Source: Oculatellaceae cyanobacterium bins.114 (GTDB taxonomy: Bacteria; Cyanobacteriota; Cyanobacteriia; Elainellales; Elainellaceae). From it: a stretch of 64,000 bases of DNA. The DNA lies in the NCBI GenBank assembly GCA_033764315.1, contig JANRJA010000092.1, positions 1 through 64,000 on the forward strand, written 5' to 3'. Both the position numbers and the translations under genes were made by a program. Positions 54,964 through 64,000 of the stretch are shown here, piece by piece (within the stretch, counting starts at the first letter, position 1; each line of letters begins with the position of its first letter). The notes under the pieces are model-generated. The model was not told the DNA's origin. It did not search any database and saw nothing but the letters and a program-made list of their open reading frames with translations.

Positions 54964-55218
54964 TTAAAAACCCTGAATGGGATCTGAGAACTTGAAATCG
55001 GGTTCAACTTGTGACGATGACGATGGACTGTAATAGTTGGCAGGGTTGGGATCGGCGTATCGGGTCGGGTCTAATTCCCAGGTTTCAAGTAAATGGCGTC
55101 CATACCTGCTCACCATTAGGGCGATCGCTGCACTAGGTGATGTGGTTCGTGTTTTTGCTTGAATCTGGTCAACCACATTTCTGATGTCAGGATCTAGAAC
55201 AATGCGACTCTGACTCAT
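54964..55218 (-). CDS. Putative ParR-like adaptor
   Basis: 84 aa, ATGA-coupled to the actin gene; RHH-like N-terminus SRIVLDPDIRNVVDQI. Confidence 0.55.
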   Translation of the reverse strand: MSQSRIVLDPDIRNVVDQIQAKTRTTSPSAAIALMVSRYGRHLLETWELDPTRYADPNPANYYSPSSSSQVEPDFKFSDPIQGF

Positions 55219-56219
55219 AGACCCAACATCCCCACAATCGAGATAGTCTGAGGGTTTGGGGCAATCTTGAAACGTCCTTTGGTTGCTTCTTGCAATGGAG
55301 CGGCGATCGGGGCAGAGCCACCAATGATTAGCACTTCTCCTAAGTTGGCAAGCCACTGCCCCCAACGGGTTTTGATTTGACCTCTGATGTCTTCTAACCA
55401 CTGCTCACGTGCTGACTCAAAGGCGGCATGGAAGCAATAGCCAGTAGTGCCCAACATGAAATCTCCTGCCTCAATGCCATCCATAATCAGCGACAGGTCA
55501 GGACTGGCAGATAAGTCACGAGTGATCCGGGCGGCAATGCGTCGGGCTAAGTCAAACGTGCCAGGAAGGATCAGATCGGCTTCCCGCATGAGGGAGCCTG
55601 AGACGCTGTAAAGCCTGAGAATGCTTGTCCCCCCTCCCAGATCTAGAACTCCGTTGGTATTGCGTTTGCTGAGGAACAGACCTTGCTGAGTGGCGTAACG
55701 GTATGCTGCAACCGTTTCATCAACTGGCTCAACCTTGCGAACAGTGGCAATGATGGTTTGACCATTGCGGGTGAATTCGTGTGTACCTTCGATCGCTTTC
55801 AACGATTCAACATCGGCATCATTGCGAGAGTTGGGAAGGGCGATCGCCAGTCGTTCGACTCTCACGGCATCAGCCCCCGGCATTGGTTCCAATGCTGTCA
55901 GCACCAATAGACGAGCCAGTTTAACCTTGTCCTTCTCAAACACTGGACTGCCTGACAGGTCTTTAGCAACTTGACCCACGACAAAAGTAGAGCCTTCAAA
56001 CTCAATCACCATAGAGTTTTCATCAGGGCTGACATCTTCCCATGTGGGATCGATCGGCTTGATAAAACTGGGGATGGTATGAACGTTGCTGAGTGGGTCA
56101 ACCCATTGGATCGTGCGATTGCCACCGTCGAAGGCAACGAGGGGACGGATCAGATTCTTTGTATCCGTTAAAGGTTCGTTACTTGTCCGTCTTTCGGACT
56201 TAGCTAGAGCGGTACTCAT
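55215..56219 (-). CDS. ParM/StbA-like actin ATPase
   Basis: AFDGGNRTI (phosphate-1), LDLGGGTS (phosphate-2), IIGGSA (adenosine). Confidence 0.85.
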   Translation of the reverse strand: MSTALAKSERRTSNEPLTDTKNLIRPLVAFDGGNRTIQWVDPLSNVHTIPSFIKPIDPTWEDVSPDENSMVIEFEGSTFVVGQVAKDLSGSPVFEKDKVKLARLLVLTALEPMPGADAVRVERLAIALPNSRNDADVESLKAIEGTHEFTRNGQTIIATVRKVEPVDETVAAYRYATQQGLFLSKRNTNGVLDLGGGTSILRLYSVSGSLMREADLILPGTFDLARRIAARITRDLSASPDLSLIMDGIEAGDFMLGTTGYCFHAAFESAREQWLEDIRGQIKTRWGQWLANLGEVLIIGGSAPIAAPLQEATKGRFKIAPNPQTISIVGMLGL

Positions 56220-56418
56220 TGCGGGTGAATTCTCCTGAAACGTATTAGCTGTAAAGATTTGAAGCATTTCTGGAAGACAGGTAAGCACTTTTTTACTGTT
56301 CGTTGCCTATCCGTTTCGTGTCCCTTGCTTGTACAAATAGTATCACACCAAAGTACAAGAGTGTGCTACTTTATTACTGTAATCTCGTAACCCGCTAAGA
56401 TCGAGGAGTTGAAAGAAC

Positions 56419-56664
56419 GTGAATCTTTTAGTGCCTACGCAGAAGCCCCGAATTGTCTCCTATTGCGACGAAGAAACCCATGAAATCCTCAAAGCAATTG
56501 CTGTAGAGGAGGATCGGAGCCTATCGAAATTGGTTGATATGCTATTGGCAGAGTTAGCGCAGCTAAAACCAGTTTTGGATGCTTATCGAAGTGATGCGGC
56601 ATGGAAGGGACTTCCCTATGCCCAGAAAATTAAAATTCTGATCGAAGAAACAACCAAGAAATAA
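56419..56664 (+). CDS. Ribbon-helix-helix regulator
   Basis: KPRIVSYCDEETHEILKAIAVEEDRSLSKLV. Confidence 0.75.
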   Translation: MNLLVPTQKPRIVSYCDEETHEILKAIAVEEDRSLSKLVDMLLAELAQLKPVLDAYRSDAAWKGLPYAQKIKILIEETTKK

Positions 56665-57008
56665 GAGATTTGAAGGTATCGACACGTGACTATGCCAACC
56701 ACCCTTAAGGATTGGCAATTGTTTGCTGTAATTTTGTGGAAAACTTGCCAACACAGAGGAGCTTAGTCTTACCCCTAGTTCGTAATGTTAAACATGACAG
56801 TTTCTAACAACTGAAAACTACTTTGTAATGCTTTTAATGACAGATCTATTGCAAACGATAGAGTTAAATATTGATAGCTATTAGACCTTTAACCCTATCG
56901 TTACGCGGGTTTTCGAGATATACATAAGTTTTTTGTATGCTCTTTTTTTGGTACAAGCAACTTATAAAAAAATTTGTGGGGTATACAATATTAATAGGAG
57001 GAAGAGCA

Positions 57009-57158
57009 ATGAAAAAACACGACATCTTAACAGCAAGAGTTGAAAAGAATCTCGTTAAACCGTTTGAAGCGATCGCCAAGGAACAAGGGCTAACAAAGTC
57101 ATCCTTACTCAATCAGTTGGTTAAAGAGTTAGTTGAATCTCGACTTGCTAAGTCCTGA
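57009..57158 (+). CDS. CopG-like RHH protein
   Basis: 49 aa, LTARVEKNL..FEAIAKEQGLTKSSLL; AGGAGG RBS; upstream of the rep operon. Confidence 0.7.
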   Translation: MKKHDILTARVEKNLVKPFEAIAKEQGLTKSSLLNQLVKELVESRLAKS

Positions 57159-57220
57159 TAAAAATCAAAAACCCCTAGTGTTTCAGCACTAGAGGTTCAA
57201 GGTTTTTATCAAACGTTTAT

Positions 57221-57679
57221 TTGACCACCCGTGTAGCAGAGAAAGTTTGGTCGCTAAGACTGCTCTACGGTATTCGCCCAAAGGAAAGGCACACCTTTAT
57301 CCATATGAATTGTAATGTTAAACCGCACAAACCCGCAAGTGTATCAAGTCAGTCTCATAGCAAGACTGTTAAGTCCAATTTTTCCTATCCTGTCTCTTTC
57401 AATTCTACAAAAAACCGTGTTAAAAGTCAGCATCGTCAGGTTAGTCTTTTCGACCTGATTGACACTGGTGAGGCTTCACCTAAATCAGAAGAGACTTGGG
57501 GAGATTTAGAGGAATCCCTTGAAACACTAGCCGCTATGCCGTTTCTTCAGCAGTTTTTTGGTGTCGTTCAAGCCGCAAAATTTCACAGGATTGAGTTCAA
57601 GGTTTTTCGGTCGCTTTTCTATGAGTGGCAGGAGTGTCGGAATAATTTTCAGCTAGAAAAAGGGAGTGCAGACCTATGA
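57221..57679 (+). CDS. Hypothetical protein upstream of rep
   Basis: ATGA-coupled to the DUF3854 ORF; start possibly 57305. Confidence 0.55.
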   Translation: MTTRVAEKVWSLRLLYGIRPKERHTFIHMNCNVKPHKPASVSSQSHSKTVKSNFSYPVSFNSTKNRVKSQHRQVSLFDLIDTGEASPKSEETWGDLEESLETLAAMPFLQQFFGVVQAAKFHRIEFKVFRSLFYEWQECRNNFQLEKGSADL

Positions 57680-58461
57680 ACGCTCCTTTTCTAGAAGAGT
57701 TTCAAAAAAGCGCAATTCCTGATCATTTGAGCCTTATCAACGTGCGGTGGATTAAAGGCGATGAAGCTATTCAAATTTTGGCAGAAGAGGCAATTTCCAA
57801 AGCTCAAAAGGTTGAAAGTTTTGTAACCAAATCTGCTTCCAAAATCCTCAACAAATATGCTTTTGCAGCAGCAGGTGGGTGGGTTGCCTATGGTTGCGAT
57901 GCTGACGGTAAGCTTTCAGGCACAGTGCCATTATTCAAGCCTCTAGAGCCTCGTAAAGAGCTGGAAAATGGGAGGCTGAAAACAATCAAATATGAAACCC
58001 CCCAGGGGTATCAGGCTACCCCTATCCTGCCGTGGGTTGACGAGTTGACAGCGGCAGCAATTTACAAATGGTACGGCGTGACCCCATTAGAGGGTGAAAC
58101 GTTCTGGCAGGTAGTTTGGCGTTGTGGACTGCCGATCGCCATCACTGAGGGACTGAAGAAGGCTCTATCACTAATCGCTCACGGTTTACCTGCGATCGCA
58201 CTGCGAGGTGTTGCCTGTTGGCATCTGAAAGGATCTGACAAGCTACATGAATCGATTTCTCACTTTGTCACGCCAGTGCGATCGATTTATATCGTCTTCG
58301 ATCAGGACGAAAAATTGAGGACTCAGCGCGATGTGAGAAACCAGATCCTTAAGTTGGGTTCATCCCTTGAACAGAAGGGATGCAAAGTATTTGCACCAAC
58401 TTGGGATAGAAAACTTGGCAAGGGAATTGATGACGTTTTATGGGGGTTGAGCAATGAATAA
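57676..58461 (+). CDS. DUF3854 (TOPRIM-like primase) part of a plasmid replication protein
   Basis: KYETP, ITEGLKKA, IVFDQD, KGIDD. Confidence 0.85.
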   Translation: MNAPFLEEFQKSAIPDHLSLINVRWIKGDEAIQILAEEAISKAQKVESFVTKSASKILNKYAFAAAGGWVAYGCDADGKLSGTVPLFKPLEPRKELENGRLKTIKYETPQGYQATPILPWVDELTAAAIYKWYGVTPLEGETFWQVVWRCGLPIAITEGLKKALSLIAHGLPAIALRGVACWHLKGSDKLHESISHFVTPVRSIYIVFDQDEKLRTQRDVRNQILKLGSSLEQKGCKVFAPTWDRKLGKGIDDVLWGLSNE

Positions 58462-60832
58462 ATCCCATAAGTGGCTCGACGATCTAATCAAGAATGCTCC
58501 AACCCTAAAGGATTACAAAAGACACGGACGCATTCAGGGAGCTTTAGAGGCGATCGCACGGTTAAATCAGCTTTCCTACCCAGTTGAGCGTGAAACGACA
58601 GGTGAGTATTTGCCACCATTGCCAGAGTTGACCATCGGTTCAATTCACGTTCTTACTGCTGGCATGAACGCGGGTAAGACAACCCGGATCGGCGTTGATT
58701 TGGTGCAATGGGCAAAGGTACGAGAATGGAACGTTTTAGTTATTTCTCCTCTCAACTCACTAGGACAACAAACCGCTAAAGACTGGGAACTATCCCACAT
58801 CCACGATTTTGGCTTATCTAAAGCCGAGCAGGAGGGACTATGGGCAAGTGTTAGCGCATCTCATGGCGTGGTGATGTGTCCTGATTCGTTGCATCGTATT
58901 CCCCAATGGTTTTGGTCACGTCCAACCCTACTAATTCTCGACGAAGCTAACCAAGTGATTGACCACATCACACAGGGTAATACACTGGGCACTCGATGGG
59001 CAGAAATCCTAGAACTGTTCAGTGCGATTGCCTGCCAATCAGCCCAAACTGGGGCAATCGTTTTGAGTGAAGCGGGTATTCCCGATCGAGCAGTGAAGTT
59101 TGTTCAGACCGTTGCAGACTGCGATCGGGTGCGAGTGTTCAAGCACATTAAGCAGGGTAAGCCTTGGAACTGCTCTATTTTCTCAGGTCAAGCCAGTGGG
59201 TTTAGAGCACGGCTGATTCAGTCAATTCAGCAGGGCGATCGCATCTTGATTGTGACCAGCTCTCAGCGCGAAGCGCGACGGCTGCAAAAGGTGATCAGCC
59301 AGAAATTACCCTCAATCAAGGCAGTGAGAGTTGATTCAGAAACCAATCAGCAGGGTGCTTTTAGTAGCTTCTTTGAAAACCCAGATCAGTGGTTAAAAGA
59401 CAATCAGCCAGACGTTTTAATCCTCTCTCCCAGTGCTAAGTCAGGCGTGAGCATTGAGGGCAATGTTCCCGTTGAGAGTGCTTACTTTTCATCGGTTTGG
59501 GGTTACTTTCCAACTCTGGCAACCGACACTCATATGCAACTTTTAGGACGATACCGCCCATCAGTACCACGCTACATCTTTGTACCTCCCTTCATCATGA
59601 CCGATGGGGACGAGTCACTATTTACCCCCAGAGCAGTGAAGCGACGACTAAACACCAATCTGAAGGGCTTTGCAGGTGTTTACGACTTGCACGAATTGAT
59701 TGAAGCTGACGATACCCGCGCCGAATCACTGGTGAGAATAGAGACAGCAGTTCTTGATTATCTGGCAGCGTCAAAGACTGTCAGTGGTGCTCAGAAGTCA
59801 ATTGCTCATGACGCATTAGCTAAGGAGCTGGAGACAGCAGGGCACACGGTCAAGTGTGTTCAATCTCAAAAGGATGCAACAACAGTTGAGTTGTGGAAGG
59901 ATATCCAGGAGGAGATCTGGCGTGAGGACGCAGCAGCGATCGCCAGTGCGGTAGTCGAGGATCGGCACACTCCAGAGTGGGCACACAGAACCCTAGAATC
60001 TCTCGAAGTCAGTTTAGAAACTCGCATTCTTGCCCAGAAGGTAATCTGGCGTGAGCAATTTCCTGGCATATTGTTTGATGACGCTGAGGAATGCTATCAG
60101 ACGCTTTGCAAAGACTACGGAGCTATGCGACGTGGTGTGACGTTGCAGGCTAAAGCAGAGAATCTAGAGGCAGCGAAGGAAGGCGATCGTGCCAGCGTTG
60201 AGGCAATTTTGAAGTCCCGGATCAGAGCAATTCACCACTTGCCTAAAAACTACTTCAAGGCATTGTTAATTGCCAAGACAGGTGTTTTGGAGCTACTGAA
60301 TGGTGAATGCTATTCCAATACCCACCCAAAAGCCCTACAGATTAGAAAAGCGGCACTGTACTGGGCTAACGAGATTAGCTACTGGTTGCGTTTACAAATC
60401 AAGCCAGACCAAACTCCAGTCGAAATCTGTAACAAGTTAATCAGGAAGATTGGATTAAATGGTGTTGCAGACAGCAGACCAGGGCAGCGAGGAACGAGTC
60501 GCGATCGTGTCTACGTAATTGAAGGGATGGAGAATCCTGTCAGGCAGCGGTTATTAGAAGCCCTTCGTCGTAAGACTTCTAGCTCCGTGTCCACCGTTTG
60601 TAATAAAGATAATTCCTCTATTCAAATCATGGACACCAGTATTCAAGGCGCTTCTACTCTCCCTCCAAAAACAGATTTTTCTCCCCAATCTTTAGTGAAA
60701 TGGGGTTCCAGAATTTGTGATTGGGTCATTTTGGAAATAGAAGGTGCGATCGCCAAAGTCAGACAGGTCAATACCCCTCTGTCTAGCGTTGTTTGGGATG
60801 CTCCCATTGATGAGTTGAGGTTAATTGCATGA
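58454..60832 (+). CDS. Helicase-like part of a cyanobacterial plasmid replication protein (CyRepA1-like)
   Basis: GMNAGKT, CPDSL, LILDEANQ, SPSAKSGVSI, QLLGRYR. Confidence 0.85.
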   Translation: MNKSHKWLDDLIKNAPTLKDYKRHGRIQGALEAIARLNQLSYPVERETTGEYLPPLPELTIGSIHVLTAGMNAGKTTRIGVDLVQWAKVREWNVLVISPLNSLGQQTAKDWELSHIHDFGLSKAEQEGLWASVSASHGVVMCPDSLHRIPQWFWSRPTLLILDEANQVIDHITQGNTLGTRWAEILELFSAIACQSAQTGAIVLSEAGIPDRAVKFVQTVADCDRVRVFKHIKQGKPWNCSIFSGQASGFRARLIQSIQQGDRILIVTSSQREARRLQKVISQKLPSIKAVRVDSETNQQGAFSSFFENPDQWLKDNQPDVLILSPSAKSGVSIEGNVPVESAYFSSVWGYFPTLATDTHMQLLGRYRPSVPRYIFVPPFIMTDGDESLFTPRAVKRRLNTNLKGFAGVYDLHELIEADDTRAESLVRIETAVLDYLAASKTVSGAQKSIAHDALAKELETAGHTVKCVQSQKDATTVELWKDIQEEIWREDAAAIASAVVEDRHTPEWAHRTLESLEVSLETRILAQKVIWREQFPGILFDDAEECYQTLCKDYGAMRRGVTLQAKAENLEAAKEGDRASVEAILKSRIRAIHHLPKNYFKALLIAKTGVLELLNGECYSNTHPKALQIRKAALYWANEISYWLRLQIKPDQTPVEICNKLIRKIGLNGVADSRPGQRGTSRDRVYVIEGMENPVRQRLLEALRRKTSSSVSTVCNKDNSSIQIMDTSIQGASTLPPKTDFSPQSLVKWGSRICDWVILEIEGAIAKVRQVNTPLSSVVWDAPIDELRLIA

Positions 60833-61002
60833 GCCAGCAGTCAGGTATTACCACTCGCATCAATGCTGCACTACAGCAAATGACAGAAGGCGATCGCCAG
60901 CGAATGCTAGATTTTGCTACTTTCATCCTCAATAGTCGTGAAGGTAAACACCGCAAGCGTCAACAAAGTTTCAACCGTAAACCAGAAATCATAGAGGATT
61001 AA
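60829..61002 (+). CDS. Small hypothetical protein (57 aa)
   Basis: ATGA overlap with the rep stop; read directly from sequence (below the ORF-track cutoff). Confidence 0.55.
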   Translation: MSQQSGITTRINAALQQMTEGDRQRMLDFATFILNSREGKHRKRQQSFNRKPEIIED

Positions 61003-61004
61003 TC

Positions 61005-61544
61005 ATGCCTGAACAGTTACAGCAAATCAAACAAATCAATGCCGAAATTGAAAGCTTAAGGAGTGAGATCGGCGAGAATTTAGCGGCAGCAAAGAACGCC
61101 GAAGAGGAGCTTGCAAGCATTCAAACCAGGATGCATGAGCATAGATCAGCAGCGTCACTTGCCGATGGTCGTTTAGCCAATCTTCAAGAAGAATTGTATC
61201 GACTCCAGGCAGAGCAGGAGTTAGGCGAGAAGTGCCTTAAATTGCGTGAGATGGCTGATAGTGCCAATGTTTTGTCTGGTCAGCTTTATACCGTCCTAAA
61301 TGGGTTCATGCAACTTGCTGACGAGCTTCAAGGGACGATTACACTTGACCATCAGTTTTTGATTGAAAGGGTTCCCGTGATTCAGCATCGAATCGGCTCT
61401 AACAGCTTCAGGCTTGGCACTCGCCAGGACGCCATGAAAACTCGTTCAAATTCTCTTGACAAGACTTGGGACTGGGATCGGATTTTGCCGGACGGGGCAA
61501 TTGAGCAGGTATCAGCAAGGGTTGAGCCTAGCCTTTGGAGCTAG
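61005..61544 (+). CDS. Coiled-coil hypothetical protein
   Basis: Heptad-rich N-terminal half; GAGG RBS. Confidence 0.65.
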   Translation: MPEQLQQIKQINAEIESLRSEIGENLAAAKNAEEELASIQTRMHEHRSAASLADGRLANLQEELYRLQAEQELGEKCLKLREMADSANVLSGQLYTVLNGFMQLADELQGTITLDHQFLIERVPVIQHRIGSNSFRLGTRQDAMKTRSNSLDKTWDWDRILPDGAIEQVSARVEPSLWS

Positions 61545-61612
61545 ATTTTAGGTCTTCTGTTTGTCTACGCTTGTAAATACCCATCTAGCTAAAGAAAACG
61601 AACTGGTAAGTT

Positions 61613-62122
61613 ATGCCGCGTGAGCGTTTCACAACTGAAGAGTGCCGTCGAGGTGGGCAGCACCCAGCATCAGAATTGCAACGAGCGATCGCCACTCAAA
61701 CTATTCGACGCACAAAACCTTGGGAGCAATCAACAGGTGCCAAGACCATTAAAGGTAAATTTCATAGCTCCCTTAATGCTTATAGCGGATGGCATAAGAC
61801 TGTAGAGTCTAGCAGTCTTGATTATGAATCGGAGTGCCAGAAGCTGAGATCAGCAGTTGCAGAGCTACAGAAATTAGCACCAAAGCATTGTTTTAAGGGA
61901 GTTATCCAGGGTTGTGAGGTTAGCCTAAAAGTTGTCATTCAAGCCAACCTAAAAGACGGTGTTGATGGTCGGGATCACTGGCTAACAGCAAAAGTTAAAG
62001 CTCAAATAAACCTTGCAGTTAGGGGTCATTCTGATAAATTTGAGCTTGCTAAGCCAATTTGCGAGGAAATGAAACGAAAAGCGCATGAGGCGATCGCTAC
62101 AATTTTGGAAAGATTTCAATAG
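61613..62122 (+). CDS. Hypothetical protein with STGxKT.xGK..S..NA motif
   Basis: KPWEQSTGAKTIKGKFHSSLNA. Confidence 0.6.
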   Translation: MPRERFTTEECRRGGQHPASELQRAIATQTIRRTKPWEQSTGAKTIKGKFHSSLNAYSGWHKTVESSSLDYESECQKLRSAVAELQKLAPKHCFKGVIQGCEVSLKVVIQANLKDGVDGRDHWLTAKVKAQINLAVRGHSDKFELAKPICEEMKRKAHEAIATILERFQ

Positions 62123-62142
62123 GAACCTGTCAGCCAAGCTCC

Positions 62143-62364
62143 TTAATTTTCGTTAAGCTCTTTTTGAATCTGTTCATACTTGCCGCAGTCTATTTGATTG
62201 CCAGCATCGCAGGAGGATTTATAGTACTCCATTAATCTAAATTGCGCTTCCCTGGCTTGAATCTCAATCGGACTAAGTGGCGGATTAGTAGCAGCGTTCC
62301 AAATAGACCCGATCACAAAGAACGCCACCAATCCCGCAATGCTCCATTTAAGCCATTTACTCAT
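62143..62364 (-). CDS. Small single-TM protein
   Basis: N-terminal TM; C-terminal Cys pair. Confidence 0.6.
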   Translation of the reverse strand: MSKWLKWSIAGLVAFFVIGSIWNAATNPPLSPIEIQAREAQFRLMEYYKSSCDAGNQIDCGKYEQIQKELNEN

Positions 62365-62370
62365 AAAGGA

Positions 62371-62904
62371 TTACAACATCCCGTCTATTCCAAAGTTATT
62401 GCTATTCAGATCTGTACTCTTGGTTTGTCCTTGTTGGACAGTAACAGGCGTCAGCCAGTATCTCTGTAGTTGATCGTCGCCAGAAGCCCAGTTAACACCA
62501 AACAAAAGATAGTCTCCCGGACTAATTCCTTCTATTGAGTAGTATCCATTTACACTGCTTTGCACTGGCGTTCCACAACTTTGCTTGGCAAAATCTTCCA
62601 TTTCGCTTACAGCAGATAAATGCCTCATTTCGTTCACACCTGGAACGTCTGAAATTTCAGAGGAGTTTCTATCTCGAATTTCTTTGAATTGCTGAAAAAG
62701 ATTTGACGGACAAGCAAACACGCTCATTCCTCTAATAAGTTCAGAACCTACGTCCGATGCAGAATTTAGATAAACGTAACCATCTAATTTGGCTTGAAGC
62801 TGAGGGCTTTCAGTCGTGGGAGCTGAAGCAGTCGGTAGAGGCTGACTAGTTCCACTGCATCCTGTGATAGCCGCAATGCAAAAAACCAAAGCAATTTTCT
62901 TCAT
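62371..62904 (-). CDS. Lipoprotein
   Basis: MKKIALVFCIAAITGC lipobox. Confidence 0.75.
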   Translation of the reverse strand: MKKIALVFCIAAITGCSGTSQPLPTASAPTTESPQLQAKLDGYVYLNSASDVGSELIRGMSVFACPSNLFQQFKEIRDRNSSEISDVPGVNEMRHLSAVSEMEDFAKQSCGTPVQSSVNGYYSIEGISPGDYLLFGVNWASGDDQLQRYWLTPVTVQQGQTKSTDLNSNNFGIDGML

Positions 62905-63194
62905 AATTAGACCTATCTCTGTTTCTAATATTCCTAAACAGAGATAAAAATCAGCAGTAAAACTGAATCTTTATATTTAGTTTCAAAAGTGTTGTTACTG
63001 TTTGCCTGCTGCCAACTTGAATTTCAGTAGTAGTCACGTTAGGGTTGACCCTCGATATCTGGACTACATATGGACTGTTTTGATAGCCTGTTGTTGTAAA
63101 CCAGGGGTCAACGACAGTAATTTGTCCTGACGACACTAATTTGACTTCAATGACACCAATTTGTCACCGATGACAAATAATGTGTCACTGTAGA

Positions 63195-63310
<116 letters not shown>

Positions 63311-63493
63311 GAATCGGGAAAAACCGCTGATTGGCACGATTAAATATAGTAGCAGATAACTTTCCATTTCAAGTCATCTAATTTCAAAAAAATCATTTGA
63401 CCCAACACAGATTGAGGCTGGGTATCCCCAATTCTGCAAATTGGTATTAGGATGCTCTTCAGTAGAGTACTAATGATCTAGTGCCTTGATATC

Positions 63494-64000
63494 ATGCCCT
63501 CTGGTCGAACTCACGATCGCATCACCCTTTGGACACTGCCCCTGACGGGTGGGCTAACCCTTATCACTACCCAAAGCAGCACCTTAACCTTGATAATCTG
63601 TAGTGGGTATTTATTTGGGGGATTAATGTTTGGCCCTGATCTAGATATCCATTCCGTTCATTTCAAACGATGGGGATGGTTCCGTTGGATCTGGATTCCT
63701 TACCGGGGCAGCATCAAGCACCGATCGCCCTTCTCACACTCCCCCATAACAGGCACCGCTTTACGCATCGTCTACTTGCTTGCTTGGGTTGGGTTGGTGA
63801 GCTTTATTACCCTGGCGTTGATGAATGAGTTGTGGCAACTGGGCTGGACCTGGAGTGACATCATCAGCTTTTTAGGGCGATCGCTTCAACAACGCCAATG
63901 GGAGTGGCTAACCCTTTGTTTAGGATTAGAATTGGGGGCTTTAAGTCATTACATTGCAGATGGCATTCTCTCAACATACAAACGCTTTAAAACAAAAGGC
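63494..64000 (+). CDS. DUF2227-like metal-binding membrane protein (runs off the window)
   Basis: MPSGRTHD, FGPDLD, HRSPFSH, SHYIAD. Confidence 0.8.
   Translation, partial: MPSGRTHDRITLWTLPLTGGLTLITTQSSTLTLIICSGYLFGGLMFGPDLDIHSVHFKRWGWFRWIWIPYRGSIKHRSPFSHSPITGTALRIVYLLAWVGLVSFITLALMNELWQLGWTWSDIISFLGRSLQQRQWEWLTLCLGLELGALSHYIADGILSTYKRFKTKG

Overview
Chromosomal window of a cyanobacterium, judged from abundant HIP1 octamers (GCGATCGC) and typical cyanobacterial dispersed repeats; a filamentous host is plausible but not provable from this sequence. Positions 1-46.3 kb are mostly host genes: an SDR, a receiver-TrxB-like/cNMP-histidine kinase/diadenylate-cyclase-like operon, a carboxy(nor)spermidine + agmatinase polyamine cluster, a heme-c sensor/cyclase-kinase/PhnD-like trio, a RAYT transposase, a TIR-AAA_35 + AAA_35-TPR pair, a sugar ABC transporter, a triple-TIR/Cache membrane protein, a multi-PAS kinase and a MerA-like/TVP38 pair. 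Many MITE/REP-like repeats lie between them. Positions 46.3-63.3 kb hold a ~17 kb plasmid-like element in tRNA-Val(TAC), bounded by 93-bp direct repeats. It encodes a DUF3854 primase/helicase replicon split by an apparent 1-nt frameshift, a ParM-like actin with a putative adaptor, several RHH regulators, and a coupled operon of small membrane proteins, a membrane-anchored FtsK/HerA-type ATPase and an M23 peptidoglycan hydrolase. I found no recognisable integrase, relaxase, VirB-type channel or phage structural gene. This element is the best candidate for an undescribed system (an AICE/TraB-like DNA-spreading element). All family calls come from motif recognition by eye; no searches were run.
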